Shown piece after piece: positions 23,801 to 36,600 of a stretch of DNA of 64,000 bases; positions within the stretch are counted from its first letter, which is position 1; each line of letters starts with the position of its first letter. The DNA is from Klebsormidium nitens (lineage: Eukaryota; Plantae; Klebsormidiophyceae): NCBI GenBank assembly GCA_000708835.1, contig DF237073.1, positions 62,001-126,000 of the forward strand, in the 5' to 3' direction. Under the pieces are notes generated by a model that saw nothing but the letters and a program-made list of their open reading frames with translations, was not told the DNA's origin and searched no databases. Both the position numbers and the translations under genes were made by a program.

Positions 23801-25819
23801 GCTCTTCGCTTTCTCAGTCGCTCGGATGTTGGCTGCAGCCGCGTCAGGATTGCAGAGCCTAGATACCGCCACGCAACACTCCTCTCCAGTATTTGATGTT
23901 CTCTCCGGCTTGTGCGCTTCGTCAATCTTCGAGCTCTCGACTTCGGGGTAAAACCTTGGTACGTTGTTGGGGACCTTGTATCGCTCTCCATCCTTTTTCT
24001 TTTCTCGACAACTGACGCTCGAAGCCACGTGCCCGCAGATGAGCTCCGCCGCCCGCGTCTCCCGTGCTGACGTGGCAATCAGCAACACTGGCTCCATTGA
24101 AGACACCGCTCGCCAGCTAGATCTCGCGTGGCGACTCCTCGGGGAGCGCTTTCACACCTCCCCGGCGGGGCAGAGCTCCGGAAGTGTGAATGCGCCCATG
24201 TGGGCCCGGTGGTCGGGGCTGATGGACCGGCTAGAAGTCGGGCCGAGCGTGGCGGAGAAATGGTGGGCGGTAGTCCGGGAGAAGTACTCGGAGGAAGGCA
24301 GGTTCTACCACACCATGGAGCACGTGCGAGAGCTCTACCGCCTGTGTCACACGTGAGTAGAGCCTCTAGTCCGCTTTGTGAAGGCGAACGGGTGAACCTG
24401 TTTTGAGTGTACGGCAGCTGGCTCAGGGGTCGACCGTTGAAGCCCCGACTGAGGAAGCTTACATGACGGGCAAAAGGGGTGTCCGGGGTAGGAAGGTGCC
24501 GTGCTAGTCTAGAAACAGACTATCAGGACGCATCATGCTGAGAGCGCCACGGACGTCACAGTTGCCAGTACGTGCGCACTTGATTCAGCCAGAGGGACCT
24601 ATCTTTTGTCTCGTCACCCTTCAGTAAAGCAAACTTAAGAATGCGGACCTGGAACATCGAACTGAACGACCAAAGAAATTCTGCTGCTAATTCCAGCCAG
24701 ATCGTTCCCGTTGTACCTTTCGGCTCGACCAGGTTCTACCCCCAGTAAAGACGCGTCCGTCACCAGGCCCCTTCGGCGTAAAGGAAGTGTGCACACCACT
24801 CTGGTAGTCGCTGTTTTCGGTGTTACGTACCCGTTCCCGCAATCACAGCGGCGCTGCTCCTGCTACCTGTCAGTCGCGGCAAAGCTCTTTCTTCGACGCC
24901 CTCTTCAGGCTGCCGGAGCGGACCTTTTTCTTTTCAAATTTCAGCCGCCGCTGAGCTTTCGACACTGCAGCCCTCGACTCCCACTCTAGTTCTTTCATCC
25001 CTCCAGGTACGCCCACTTCCTTGCCGACCTGCCCGCCGTCCACCTGGCCATCTTCTTCCATGACGTCATCTACGACCCGCGGTGCGCGCGCAAGGGCGGC
25101 AACGAGGCCGACAGCGCGGCGCTCTTCCTGGAGTTCGCGCGCGAGGCGGGCCTTGCTCAGGAGTTGGTCGACAAAGTGGAGGACTTTATCCTAGCTACCG
25201 CGAGTCACCTGGCGGGCGACGCCGCCGGGGACAAGGCCTGGTTCCTGGACTTTGACCTGGCGGTGCTGGGAGCGGAGGAGGGGGCGTACATAAGATACGC
25301 GGACAACATTTGGAAGGTGAGAGTCATTTCAGCCCTCCCCATTGTGCGAGTATGAGTCTGAATGTTGTCGTATGGGGGCGGAGGACTACGCTTAATAGAA
25401 CGTTCACGCTTCGTTTATGGAATAAAGCGTCCAAGATCGTTCAAGTGCTTCGGTCAGAAGGCTTACTGAAGAAGTCGAATGAAGTCGACGCCTTTTGGCA
25501 GAGTCGTACTTGCAATCCACTGAGTTTCCCACAAGACTTCACATCTGGACGTTGTGAGGTTTGCTGATACTCACCGCTCTGGCCGAAAGTGGCGGTGAAC
25601 AGAAGCCTGAAGGATTTAAGTGGGGCGCTTTTGCAGGAGTACCGGCATGTCCCGGAGGAGCAGTACAGACAAGGGCGGACGGCAGTGTTGCGGTCGTTTC
25701 TAGACAGCGGCAATCTTTTCAGGACGGATGCATTGAAAGAGGCTTTGCAGAATCAAGCAGAGCGGAATATCACTGCAGAGATCGTGGGTCTAAGGACTAC
25801 TAACGTCAACTTGACGTGA
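20848..25819 (+). CDS. COASY: CoA synthase (PPAT + dephospho-CoA kinase) fused to a C-terminal HD-superfamily phosphohydrolase; exons 20848-21405, 21801-22123, 22580-22833, 23358-23659, 24039-24352, 25007-25316, 25637-25819; ~747 aa
   Basis: PPAT: GGTFDRLHAGH, CIVVSRET, KLSST. DPCK: IGLTGGIASGKS, IDCDALGH, DGTINRPALGAIVF, EAALILESG, RLDSQM. HD domain: RFYHTMEH, AIFFHDVIYDP, NEADSA, DFDLAVLG, EYRHVP, GRTAVL, AERNI. All 6 introns GT-AG and in phase. Confidence 0.92.
23251..23330 (+). repeat. Intronic copy of the acceptor and first ~75 nt of COASY exon 4, exactly 100 nt upstream
   Basis: 23251-23330 versus 23351-23430: 61/80 identical, no indels (manual alignment). Confidence 0.95.
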
Positions 25820-26993
25820 GCTGCACTTCGAGTTCCATACAGAGACAAATTAGCATTTTTCTAATGATGGCTACTTTTCGTAGACCCAAGCTGAAGCTGC
25901 CCTGTCGTCAGCAACCCAAAGGAGTACGCATCAGGACTGGCGCACTCTAATTATTGTATACGCTTGCCATCCTTGTGCAAGGGCGCTCTCTTCGTCTTGG
26001 TTGCTTGAGGTCAATCAATGCAGATGTTCGGGATCAAAAGGCTAGCGTGCTCCAAGTCAGAAGCATCTTAGCACATCAAAGTATTACGCGTAGCGTTGTT
26101 CAGCTCATCGATGAAAATGCGCCGCCCGACCGACAGCACACTATGCTACCCTGACAACATCTTGGACGTCCAAATGGGCTGGTCAGTCAGACACCTAAAC
26201 GATCACAATGGTGATGGGCCTGTGCGCATGGATATCCGATGAACGTTACGCTCTGGAAACCATCGGGACCGTGCAATTGATCGACATCATGGCCTGTAGA
26301 TTGATGGGCTTGTGGCGGATGCAGATTGGATCCGAGTCATGCGTGTACTATGATGCAAAGAGAAAGCTGCAACCGCGCGGTCACTGCCGTTGGTTTTCAT
26401 AATCAAGCAAGAACAGACTATCTAATTGCATGCGTCGCTTCCAGAGGCCGCTTATATATGCTCAGTGCGCATGCATAGGCTCTCTTCTGCTACATAATGC
26501 GATCCTTTGCATGAGCTGGCAACTGACAACACGAATTCTGCTTCCTGCAAAGACAACAGAACCTAATCAGCACAAATTGTGGCCGGTACAACGAAGCAAA
26601 GCACTTCACATGGAACACGTTGTTTTGGTGACAGGATGATCCCGAATATTCGAGAAAGCACGTCGAAACTCTTTGATACATTGGTATTGGCGTCTCTGTT
26701 TGTAGAGACTGTTCCTTTCTCAGTGCCACGTCAGAATAATGAGATGCAATCAGAAAGCTTGAAAGGCAAGGCTTCGTATGGGAGGCTCAACCTCTATAGA
26801 GGGAAGCGATCAAGTAGTAAGCTGCCAAAGAAGGAATATAAGATCGACCGTCACCAGAGACGGAAATCAGCTCCGACCAAAAGGCTTTTGATTGGGCTCC
26901 CGTTGAATGAGACGTCAACTTCAGCTTTTCAAAGATCATGAAAGACCTTGAATGATTCAACAGGACAGGTTACCTGCGTCCAGGGATGCCGTT

Positions 26994-28689
26994 TCAGTGG
27001 CATAGCTCTCTGTGGCTTTCTCTCCATGCCCGCCTCTGACAATCTGCAAGTGAAAATCAAAGTTCGAATGCATCGTTTGCTCTTTTCAGGTGCTATTTCG
27101 GTGCAGACGGAGGGGTTTCATTTGTTCGACCTTAGGCGGCACAAGCAGAGAGTCTTAGTATAGTCGTGATTGATCATGGACGTGAGAATTTCGGACTTCG
27201 AATTGTTTACAGATTCAAGTTTGTCTCAAATCAATGGCAGATGGTTAAAACTCGATTCAAATAACTTCTTCGATTAGCGTTGCATCCAACAGTCCCAAGT
27301 GATCTGAGACCAGCACCGATCACATGCTTACTCGAGCGCTTGCAGAGAATCTTGAAAGCGTTGCATGAGTTGACGCATTGTGCCAACCCTCTCACCTTTG
27401 CTGCAGTAGACGGCGATCCTGCACTTTGAACAAACCTGGAACGTTCCCCCTTCCGACTCAACGTTGCGACAACTCGCTTCAGAGCACTTTCGACTTTCCA
27501 GTCGTGGCCTCAGCAACAAGTTTGAGCACCATGGGTGCCCCTTGGCAGCCTCTGATGTGTCTCTCAGCCCTGCGGTCTGCTTCTTCTTCGGCTCCTCGAC
27601 GTACTTGAAGCCGCAGACATCCTCGGACAGCGCTGAGAACATCCTGCGCAGCTGGACCGCCCTGCGTACTGCAGCCTCGTCAGCTTTGAAGAGGCTGTAT
27701 ATCACGTCCACCGCGGGCGCTTCCGGGTCGTACTCAAACTCTTTCACCTGCTTCAAGCATCGGAGCACCATGAAGAAGGCTTGACAGCGGATCCACTCTT
27801 CTATTTCTCGACCACAGGTAGCCAATGCGAGGAGGGTTGACCAGATGGAAGGGTATTCTGAGAGAAATTTGTGATCCGGGTCTATGTCAAAGGTCAGAAA
27901 TAGGATCCTGGCTGCGAGCACTATCTGCTTCTTAGTCTTGGAGTCAGCCATGGCGTGCTCCACAAGCTCGTAAAGACTAGTGCTTCTCAAAGCACTCAAA
28001 TCCGCTCTCGTAGTCTGCACGGCGTTGCTGATGATCAAGAGGGAAGTAAAGGATGCCTCAATTTCTGCTATTTCAACCTCGTCTCTGATACTGAGAGCAA
28101 ATTGCAGCACCTCCTTCAGGAATTTAGTATCTTCTGCGAGTCTACCAAGGCAGCCCTGGGACCAGGGGACGAATGCTCCAAATAATCTCAGCACTGCCAT
28201 CCTCGTATCCTTCTTGAATCCTGGGGAGCGATGCCCTAAACCGGCTGGATTTGCAAAAAACAGAGCTCTGAAAACGGTCTCTATGTCTGGAAACTCCCTG
28301 AGAATGAAGGCCACGCAGCGGGCATCCCGGGCGAGGAAAGCTAAGCAGTCAGCATAGATTTTGGCTTTGTTGATCGTGTTCTTTTTCTTTGTTGTGGAGC
28401 TGAAAGAAATGTCTTTCTCAGGTGCAGTACATGCCCACTTCCCTGCAGCTACTTCTCTCATGCCCAAAGCGATTTCCTTTATAATTCCGTGTTCCAGCGA
28501 GTAGGCGACGCGGTTCTTCAAAGCGTGATCGTCGTTCCGGCAGAATAGGAGGCATTCTCTGAGGCGGTTGATCGCAATCGCCCTTTTATTTGCATCAACG
28601 GAAGTTGCTGATTTGAGTATGTCGTTTAACAAGCCGCAGGAGTCCGGCTCCATGATTCCTGCGCTTTCCAGGATCCTGGCAAAACGCAT
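26994..28689 (-). CDS. MYND zinc-finger protein with a helical (ARM-like) N-terminal region; exons 27396-28689 and 26994-27043; 447 aa
   Basis: Spliced C-terminus CSEASC...FQVCSKCRIAVYCSK|DCQRRAWRESHRELCH* matches the MYND consensus; donor AAAG|gtgaga, acceptor cttgcag|. Confidence 0.88.
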
Positions 28690-30149
28690 CTCGCTGGCCT
28701 TTTACTTCCTTTGACGATGGTTTTGCTGATGAAGCCATCTTTGACGTCACCACCAGGACATGGCTTCTAAGTTGGCTTCCCATTCTGCTTTTGCAACGTC
28801 CTTCCGATTTCTGCCGCTCTTCACAAGCCACTTCAAGCTTCCTCCTACAGATCTCGCTCTCACTTTTCCTTCACTGCATCGCTTTCACGGGCTTTCGCTG
28901 CAGACGCAAGCCTTCTCTACTGCAGACGCAAGCCTTCTTCAAATATGCTTTTGCAAGTCTAAAGCGAAGCAGCCGTGACGTGAGTAGCTTGTGATGAAAC
29001 AGAAAATTGCGTTTCGGGCAAGAGTCGAGGATGTTTTTTGATCAGGACTCGGGTTCCTTGCAGCTGTCAAATCAGAGGGTACCGTTTTGAACAAGAGTCT
29101 TAGCTAAGCTTTTTCGGTACCAATACCCACCAATACCTTAACAAATACGCTTCAGGCACAGTAGTTCCCGCGTACGCGCTTACGTCCCCCTCTATGTGTT
29201 GCAACTTCCGATCCGTACAGGCCTAGGTGGCTGATTGACAGGTGTTCCTATCCATGATCGACCGTCGGGAAGTTTGAACTTGCTCTGCCTCCGCGCTTCG
29301 TCAAGGCATGCACGAGGATGGAGATTTCGAAGCCGCATGAGAGCGAAACTGCTCAGGCCTGATTGAACGAAGCTGGGCTATGTAGTTAGTTTATGACCGG
29401 TTTGAAAAGTCGCTGTCAATGTCGTGTTTGATAGCAACAGGGGACCCATAAGTCCTTATAAATCTGACCGAGCTAACACGTGCTCTCTCACACCATCTGT
29501 CGTATAGCCGTCTCTTGCTTTTGCAAAGGGCACGGGCCACTACAGCAGATAACATCTGCCTTATGATGATCGATGTTCAAGCGCTGCAGCTCAAAGTGCT
29601 GCGGGCCTCAGTACCTATGACGGAGTCTTTGAAGGTACATGCATAACATGGCTAGATATCCAATCGACCTCTTGCGTTGCATAAGTAAATATATGCAAGA
29701 GGTTGGGATGAGCTCGCCTTATCTGCCAGAACACGATAAAGATGAGTCTCATTCAAGTCCGACTAAACCTTCGTTTATTGAATCGCACAAGCGATGCATC
29801 TACACATTAGCTGAGCTCTTCAACGTCCGCCTCTCGAGTACCGGCTCACACATCACCTAGCTCAATAATTGCGAAGGCTAGGTCGGCTTGAACCCCATAC
29901 GATGCACATGTTTTGAGCTATAACTGAGGACATCTTTGTCTTGGCTGATTGACGATGACGATGCAATGAACAACTGCAGGCCTGAGGCGTGCTTCAGCCT
30001 CAGCAAGTACTGGTATGCTGAACATCCAAAGAGAAGGCCTGTAGCTCGAGCTCATCAAACACACGGATCAACATTTAGTGCCGTGCGGACGGAATCTATG
30101 CAGAACGTGCATGTCAGTAGGAGGGGATTAAAAACTATGCAGTCCTCCT

Positions 30150-32710
30150 TTAGTCCATTTTGTCAATCTCGGCCATCCGCTCGATAATTGCCTGCATTGA
30201 AAAGGGACTCGTCTCAAATCGCCAAAGCAGACGTCAGAAAGAGAGGTTTGATCCAAACAAATGCATATCCCTGAAAGGAGCAGAGCTGAACCTCAAAAAA
30301 CCATGGCCTAAAAACCACTCAAGGCTGCAGGACAATCTACGGAGGACAGCTGACTGTGAGCCGCTCAACCTGGACATACTTACACATTGACATAGGTATG
30401 ACAATTCAGCAGATGGGAGCGCCGCTCTCCAAATTGGGAGACCTAAGGCTACAAGATCGATACAACAAAAGGGATCAAGGGTGACTGTCACCTTTTTACT
30501 TGTTTCTTGCAGCTCGCCCGCCAGAACAAATTCGTCCAGAATCAAATACACCTGCAATCGGACAGCAGTCGAGCTTCACAGATCAACTGAGATCGCATCA
30601 GCAAGGAGGCAATCCTCATCGCTCAGCGTGAACTCGTTCACCGTTCATTCGAGACCAACAGAACAACATCTGGAAAATGTTTGTTAAGGCATCGCCAAAG
30701 AAATTTGAATACGAGACCCCCCTGGTCTTGTCATCCTCAATGGCCAATATACCACCAGAGTACACGATTCGACGTTTGTTGGTCGTCTACGTCACCCTCG
30801 CAGCGGACCGCGTGCATTCGCTGTTGGCTTTCGTACCGCGCCCCAACCGAAAGCATGGCAGATTTTGTGGATAAAGTTGCACGACCTAGAGGGGTCGAGC
30901 TTCGTGGTCTCTTTTCCAAGCTGTTCCAGCCTTCATTTCTGCCTCCGTGTATGCCTTTTCAGCAGCCACAAGCAGTTTAAAAAGCACGTATTAAGTAGAG
31001 CACTCATTAACCTTCTCGCCTGTTGGCTTCCCTCCAATAAACTTTTGTCGTAAAGCAGTGGACTGTGTGGACCATGCTCGAAGGCAAAGGCCTTCCAGCT
31101 TCAGCTTCTCAAGTTCAAGATACGCGAGAAGAACCTTTTCAAGGGCTAAGGATCACGAGAGACATCCCAATCAAACGTCCGAATGAGGCAAGGACCAAAA
31201 AAGTACAAGAGCTGCAATGCTTTGGTGTACCTTGTGGAAGTTGAAGACAAGGTCCAGCTCGCAGACGTTGCTGAAGAAGTGGTCCAGAATCTCGACAAAC
31301 AGATGTATGCTCTCCAGATACGCCAGCTCGTTGTCCGTCACGTCCACGCACATTGAGAAGAACAGGCCCGCATACCGCCGGTAGATCACCTTGTGCGTCC
31401 GAAACTGCGTGATGTAGTGCGAAACTCTGTGACAGCACTCAATGCGACGACACAAAACCAAGGACCAACGTGGTCCCCTTCTGCCCTAAGTTGTGAAGAG
31501 GGGATGGATGGCCCCTCCACAAGGACTATGGGGTCCTGAACTACAGACTGGAAACAGCACCAATAGATGATCTCAAGGACTAACACAATGGCAAAGAAAT
31601 CCAGAAGCTCGTGGTGCCTCTCGCTCTAGTATTTTCCCAGCCAGGATCAGCGACCATGAAAGAAACCAGGCAAAGGCAACTCCACCATCATCCCCAGAGC
31701 ATGGGGGGGTGCCAAATGGAAACTGCTAAAGGAAGTCAACCTCAAAACACAACCCAAATTCATGTAGGAGGACGCCTTGCACCAGAAGAAGACAATGACA
31801 TTGGCCGCCCATGCAGTGCCCCAGGACAGTCCTGGAGAGAACAGATTTGAAACAGTGTACTTCTGATAATGAAAGATGCTCAGCTAGGGCCGTGCAAGTA
31901 AGTGCCCCCTGAAAAAATCTTGACGACTTATGCTCTCCTTCTCAAGAACCTGCCACTCACCACCATCATAACAAACAACCAGCTGGTGCTGACGCATAAG
32001 TTCCCAATGCTTGATCAAAAACAAGGGATAAGGAGACTTGCCTCCAGAAAGTTGGTGTGCTTTGGGTCCCTGTTTACAACCAGCCTATGAACCTGCAGGT
32101 AAACAGAGAATCTCTCAACCTCCATGCCCTTAGCTGCTTCGAAAAGATCACCGGAAGATAACCCACTCTTAAATTCAACAGCCATCAACAATTCCTTGTG
32201 TGGCGTGCTTGTCAGAGCCCTGGTTCGCGTACAAAGCTTTTGAAGTTCCTGCAGCGATCGCCCACACTGAATTCCTCATACTTTGCCTTTTGGTTCTGGA
32301 GAAGCAGACTTCTTGAAGGCTCGATTCACAAACTGCTTGGCTCCATTGTGACAGGAAGCACTTACTTCTTTTTTACAGACAGTGACAGTTGCTGCAAGAC
32401 ACTGACCTCAAACTCCAGCTTGTGCTTCTCCTCGGTCTCCAGGGGCACATAGTATTTTGCCAGCCTGGTCTTACCCTGGCGGTTCTGAAGTAAAAGGAAC
32501 CGAATCTGGAAAAAGAACACCGAGTCAACAATCACAGTGCCTCCCTACTTTCACTTTAGCCCTGGGAAACAATCACATGGCATTTGTTTTGTAATTTAGA
32601 TGCGTTCAAAGCAAACAAGCAATCAAGATATACAATGAGGGCAATCGTGCAATTGATCTGGCAAAGTATTGCAAGAAGGAGGGAGCCATGAAAGGGTCAA
32701 TCCGCACCAT
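30150..32710 (-). CDS. AP2S1: AP-2 complex sigma subunit; exons 32708-32710, 32407-32505, 32042-32092, 31231-31404, 30492-30551, 30150-30191; 142 aa; GC-AG third intron
   Basis: [20 protein letters not shown]...[33 protein letters not shown]...[26 protein letters not shown]; length matches known sigma-2 subunits. Confidence 0.95.
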
Positions 32711-33632
32711 TCTGGCTGCTTCAGCTGCCCCCAAACTCTTTGTTCACCTGCTATTAGGGTTTGCAACGGCCTCTGTGCTTCTGTAACGGCCTTTGTGCTG
32801 CTCTGATGGGGGCCCACACTTTTGCAGACCTACTGATGAGATGGATGGGAGCCCTCAAATAGCCTGCAGCTCCCTACCGACCCTTGATTGGAGTCCGCCT
32901 GTTTTGATCCTTCCCCTGCTGCTGCTCTCGCACTTCTGATCCAGCATATCATCCTGCATGAGCTATTACTAAGACTTGTGTGTGTGTGTTAGGACGCTGT
33001 GCAAGCGCTGTGCGCGCTGGCTGCGCGCACCTTATTAACAACAAGTTCTCGCATGAGATATACGGTAGGCAGACTTTGGTAGGATTTATCTAGAAGTCTA
33101 GTATGAATTAAAGTATGGTTGAGCTATCGGTTTAATACATGGTTATTCGTGACAAAGAGACACCGGTGACCGGAGTACGCGAACCTCCGGTTCCCAACGG
33201 TTGGTAATACTGGTAGGTACCTATATGTAAGGATATTAAGTTACTGTCAGTAACGGCCGGGTCAGTACACCGGGCAACCTTATGATCTACCGAGTCCTAG
33301 AATTAAGGTGTTGTTAACTTGCATCAGGATACTTGTAAGTTGTAACCATACTAGAATCGTATACTTGAAATAATATATTGCGACAGACCGTGCAAGTTTT
33401 TGGACGCCACGCTCACAGTCAGGCTGGCGCTGCAGTGGGCTGCACTGCATTTGGCGGGAGGGGTGCATCATGCCAATGGCGGATCTTCTCAGACCTGTGT
33501 GACGTTGTTGAGCACGGTGATTAGCTTCGAGCTGGCATTGGGTTTTTGCTTCCTCGAATGCTGAACTGCGCATGGTTGACAAGCAGGTGTACGCGTATCT
33601 TATAGGTTGTGTGTGGGAAGCTTCTAGGCACA
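32711..33632. promoter_or_regulatory. Likely bidirectional promoter between AP2S (-) and DCD-Kelch (+)
   Basis: Head-to-head start codons ~920 nt apart with an AT-richer core at ~33050-33400; inferred from gene orientation only. Confidence 0.5.
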
Positions 33633-36600
33633 ATGGGGGCTGGCAGAAAGACGCAGACCACAACATATGATTCAGCAAATCGCCAAGGGGGCCGGGGCCC
33701 TCCTCCGCAGTACAAGAAGCTGGACAAAGATGAGCTGGGAGGGGTCATCTTTGGGGCGACGAAGGACACCATCAATGAGTGCCTGACAAAAAACATCTTC
33801 GGTGAGTTGAACTCTCAGCTTCTAAGGTATTGTCAAGTGTAGCTCTCTCTTATGTTTATAGATGGTGAACAGTGGCGTAGTCTGGAAAGGACAGAGGCTT
33901 CTAGGCCTGCATCTGTTGCATACGAATGCGCAAGTTTGCTTACAAAAAGGTGGTGGAGAGGCCAATCAAGTTCGTGTGTCCTTCCATCTGTGTGTTATCT
34001 AGGTTCACACCAGACAGAAAATGTTTTGTTGCTTGGGATATTGCAAATCAACGGCAGTTGCCTTGGCAATGGTTGAAAGGCATTCTCTTGTTGCACGAAG
34101 AAACCCCTGAGTTTTCGATTGACGGAAGTTTTCACCTGCTTCAGTTCTCAATTCACCATTTTGACAAGAAAGGGTCCCATAGACAATGGGCTTCCGGGTA
34201 CTGCACGACCAACGCTTTCTTGAGCTCATTGCTGCTCGGAAACGCCTAGGTGTTGAGCAGGATTGCCTGCTTGCTTCATAGGAGTTGGATTGTGTGACCA
34301 ATTGTGAGTTGCTGGTTGCTTGTGCCGCTGGACAAAGCTGAACTTTTAACATACCCAATGTCAATAAACCTTTTCAAAGTTGTACAAGCTTCACAATGGG
34401 TCGCAAGGTTCTTTGGCAGTCAAGATCAAGGGCTGCTGCATTGAGATACAACCCAATTTGCACATGTGTCATGTTATGTGGCTCTTATGCCTTCTGGCGG
34501 TGAACAATCTGCTCGTTCAGTGCTGACAAAAATAACCTGATTTGAAGATTGCTTGATGTAAACCATTTCGAGATTTGTTGGATGTATGTAATACATGCTT
34601 GATGTATCAATGGCCGAGGAAATTTGAAGCCCTTGACTGTATTCCAAGCTTTGGCAGAGCTCCCATGGTCCAGAGGACTTCGGAAGCACGCACCAAGCAG
34701 ATCTGCAGCGTCAATGTTCGTTCTGTGAGCTCCTCATCTGTACTGGCCTGTACTTTCCTCATCATTTCTCACATTTTGTGCCTTTCCCCAGTCTTTTAAT
34801 CCTTTCCCCATCTTAACAGATTCTTGACCACCTCAGACGCTCTTCTTCTCTATCCAGGGCTGCCGTACAACCACATCAGCTATGTCCAGAACATTGTTCC
34901 CGGCATGCCCCTCTTCCTCTTCAATTATTCTGACCGCAAGCTGCACGGCATCTTTGAGGCCACCTCTGAGGGGGAGCTGCACATCGACCCCAACGCCTGG
35001 AGCCGGGATGGCAAGACCGAGACGAGCTATCCTGCGCAGGCGAAGATCTTGTTCAAACACTGTCTTCTACGAGCTTATTTGACTCCACTTGAGAAATTAT
35101 TGTTTAGGGCGCCAGGCATGCCAAGGAACTTTGTGTTGACACTTATAATACTGGACCGCTTTCCTACTTGCAAGGAGCGAGCTATTGCATGTCGGAAAGT
35201 TCATGTTGGTGCCATGAGCAAGTTGATGGATTCAGGATGTCGAAGGTTGAGTCTCGAGTACCTTAAAAGCGACTTTGTGCTTCTGAAAGTCGAACAATTG
35301 AGGATAAGTCGGCACTCGAGCGGTGGGTCCCTCCTCTGCGATCCTCCTGCTTGCCTGGGGCCTGGGATCCATCATTGGCCCGGTCGTGGGCGGATGTTTG
35401 CCCGCCCGCGCGACACGTGGAACCTGGGGGACACGTGTCCTCCTCTCCTCCGTCGATGCCCATACCTGCTCCCGTGCACATTAGGCAGCGCGGTCTCCTT
35501 GTTCGCCAGCACTGACCCTAGCGAATCGGTCTAACTTTGGTTTCACTCCCAAAGAGCCAAAAGGCCAGCCCACATCTCACTAAAAGACTGATTCTTGAGT
35601 CAGGACGACAAAGTAAATCTGCCTCGCAGAAGAAGTTCGCCTTCAACAGACAAGGCCCTACTAATTGGGGTCTTAACGAGTTGGGCAAAAGCAAGGGGCG
35701 CTTTGTGGTGAATCCCCTGATGATGGTTAAGACTTGTCTCCGGACCAACACCTTCTTGTGCCTCCCACTAGAGTTCGTTGCTTTCCATCACTCTTTGTCA
35801 GATGCCTACCAAGGTCTTCCCTAATGGTCAAACTGAGTCTACCTTTACGCCGTGTCTTTCTCCATCAGCGGCGCAATTACACAAAGCAGCAAGCCTGACC
35901 AGACACACTGGCCCCACACTCAAGGGCACACAGGAAGTAATGGAACACCCCATGTCCTTTGGGCAATCTCTAAGAATCTCTCAATCGTTCAACTTTATCC
36001 TTCCAATAGGTGCGCGTGAGGTACCGGGAGAAGTCTCAGCCGCTGCATGAGGCCGTCTTTGGCCCCGTCATCGAGGAGAACTACTACAGCAACGTGCACT
36101 TCATGTTCGAGCTCACGCAGGACCAGGCCGCCACCCTCTGCTCCCTCTTCACCGCGCGCAACCCCTCCCGCCCCGCCACCGCGCCCGTCCCCCAGGTTCG
36201 GCTAGTTCTTCTCGTCGCTGCTAACGCCATGATTCCCCTAATCTGTTCTCCACTTTGGCTCGAGTGTTCTGTCTCGCCTGTGCTTCCGATCTTGAATCGG
36301 CTAATATTCGATCTCTCGCGTTTGCCAGGTCTGCAGCGTGGAATCCTGCTTCATGTGAAAGGTTCCCTCTTGAGTCTCATGGTGTTAAGCAACTTTGACG
36401 GCGTCTCGTGGACAATCACAAGCAGCAGGAGGCCGAGGTCTTACCGGTTTTTCTCCTGTCCTCCGCCTGCAGCAAACCGTTGCCTCCGGCCACGCCGCCG
36501 CCTGGGCCGGCGCTTCCGGCCAGGGCGACAGCGCCTGGGGAACCGGGCCCCCCGCGAACGCCTGGGGCGCAGCGCCCCCGCCCAGCCGACCTGACACAGC

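Noticed and set aside
23251-24078. 275-aa minus-strand ORF (similarly 4517-4918, 21228-21677, 36385-36971, 38520-38921, 59869-60573)
   Set aside because: Shadow ORFs opposite or overlapping GC3-rich exons; low complexity and no motifs.
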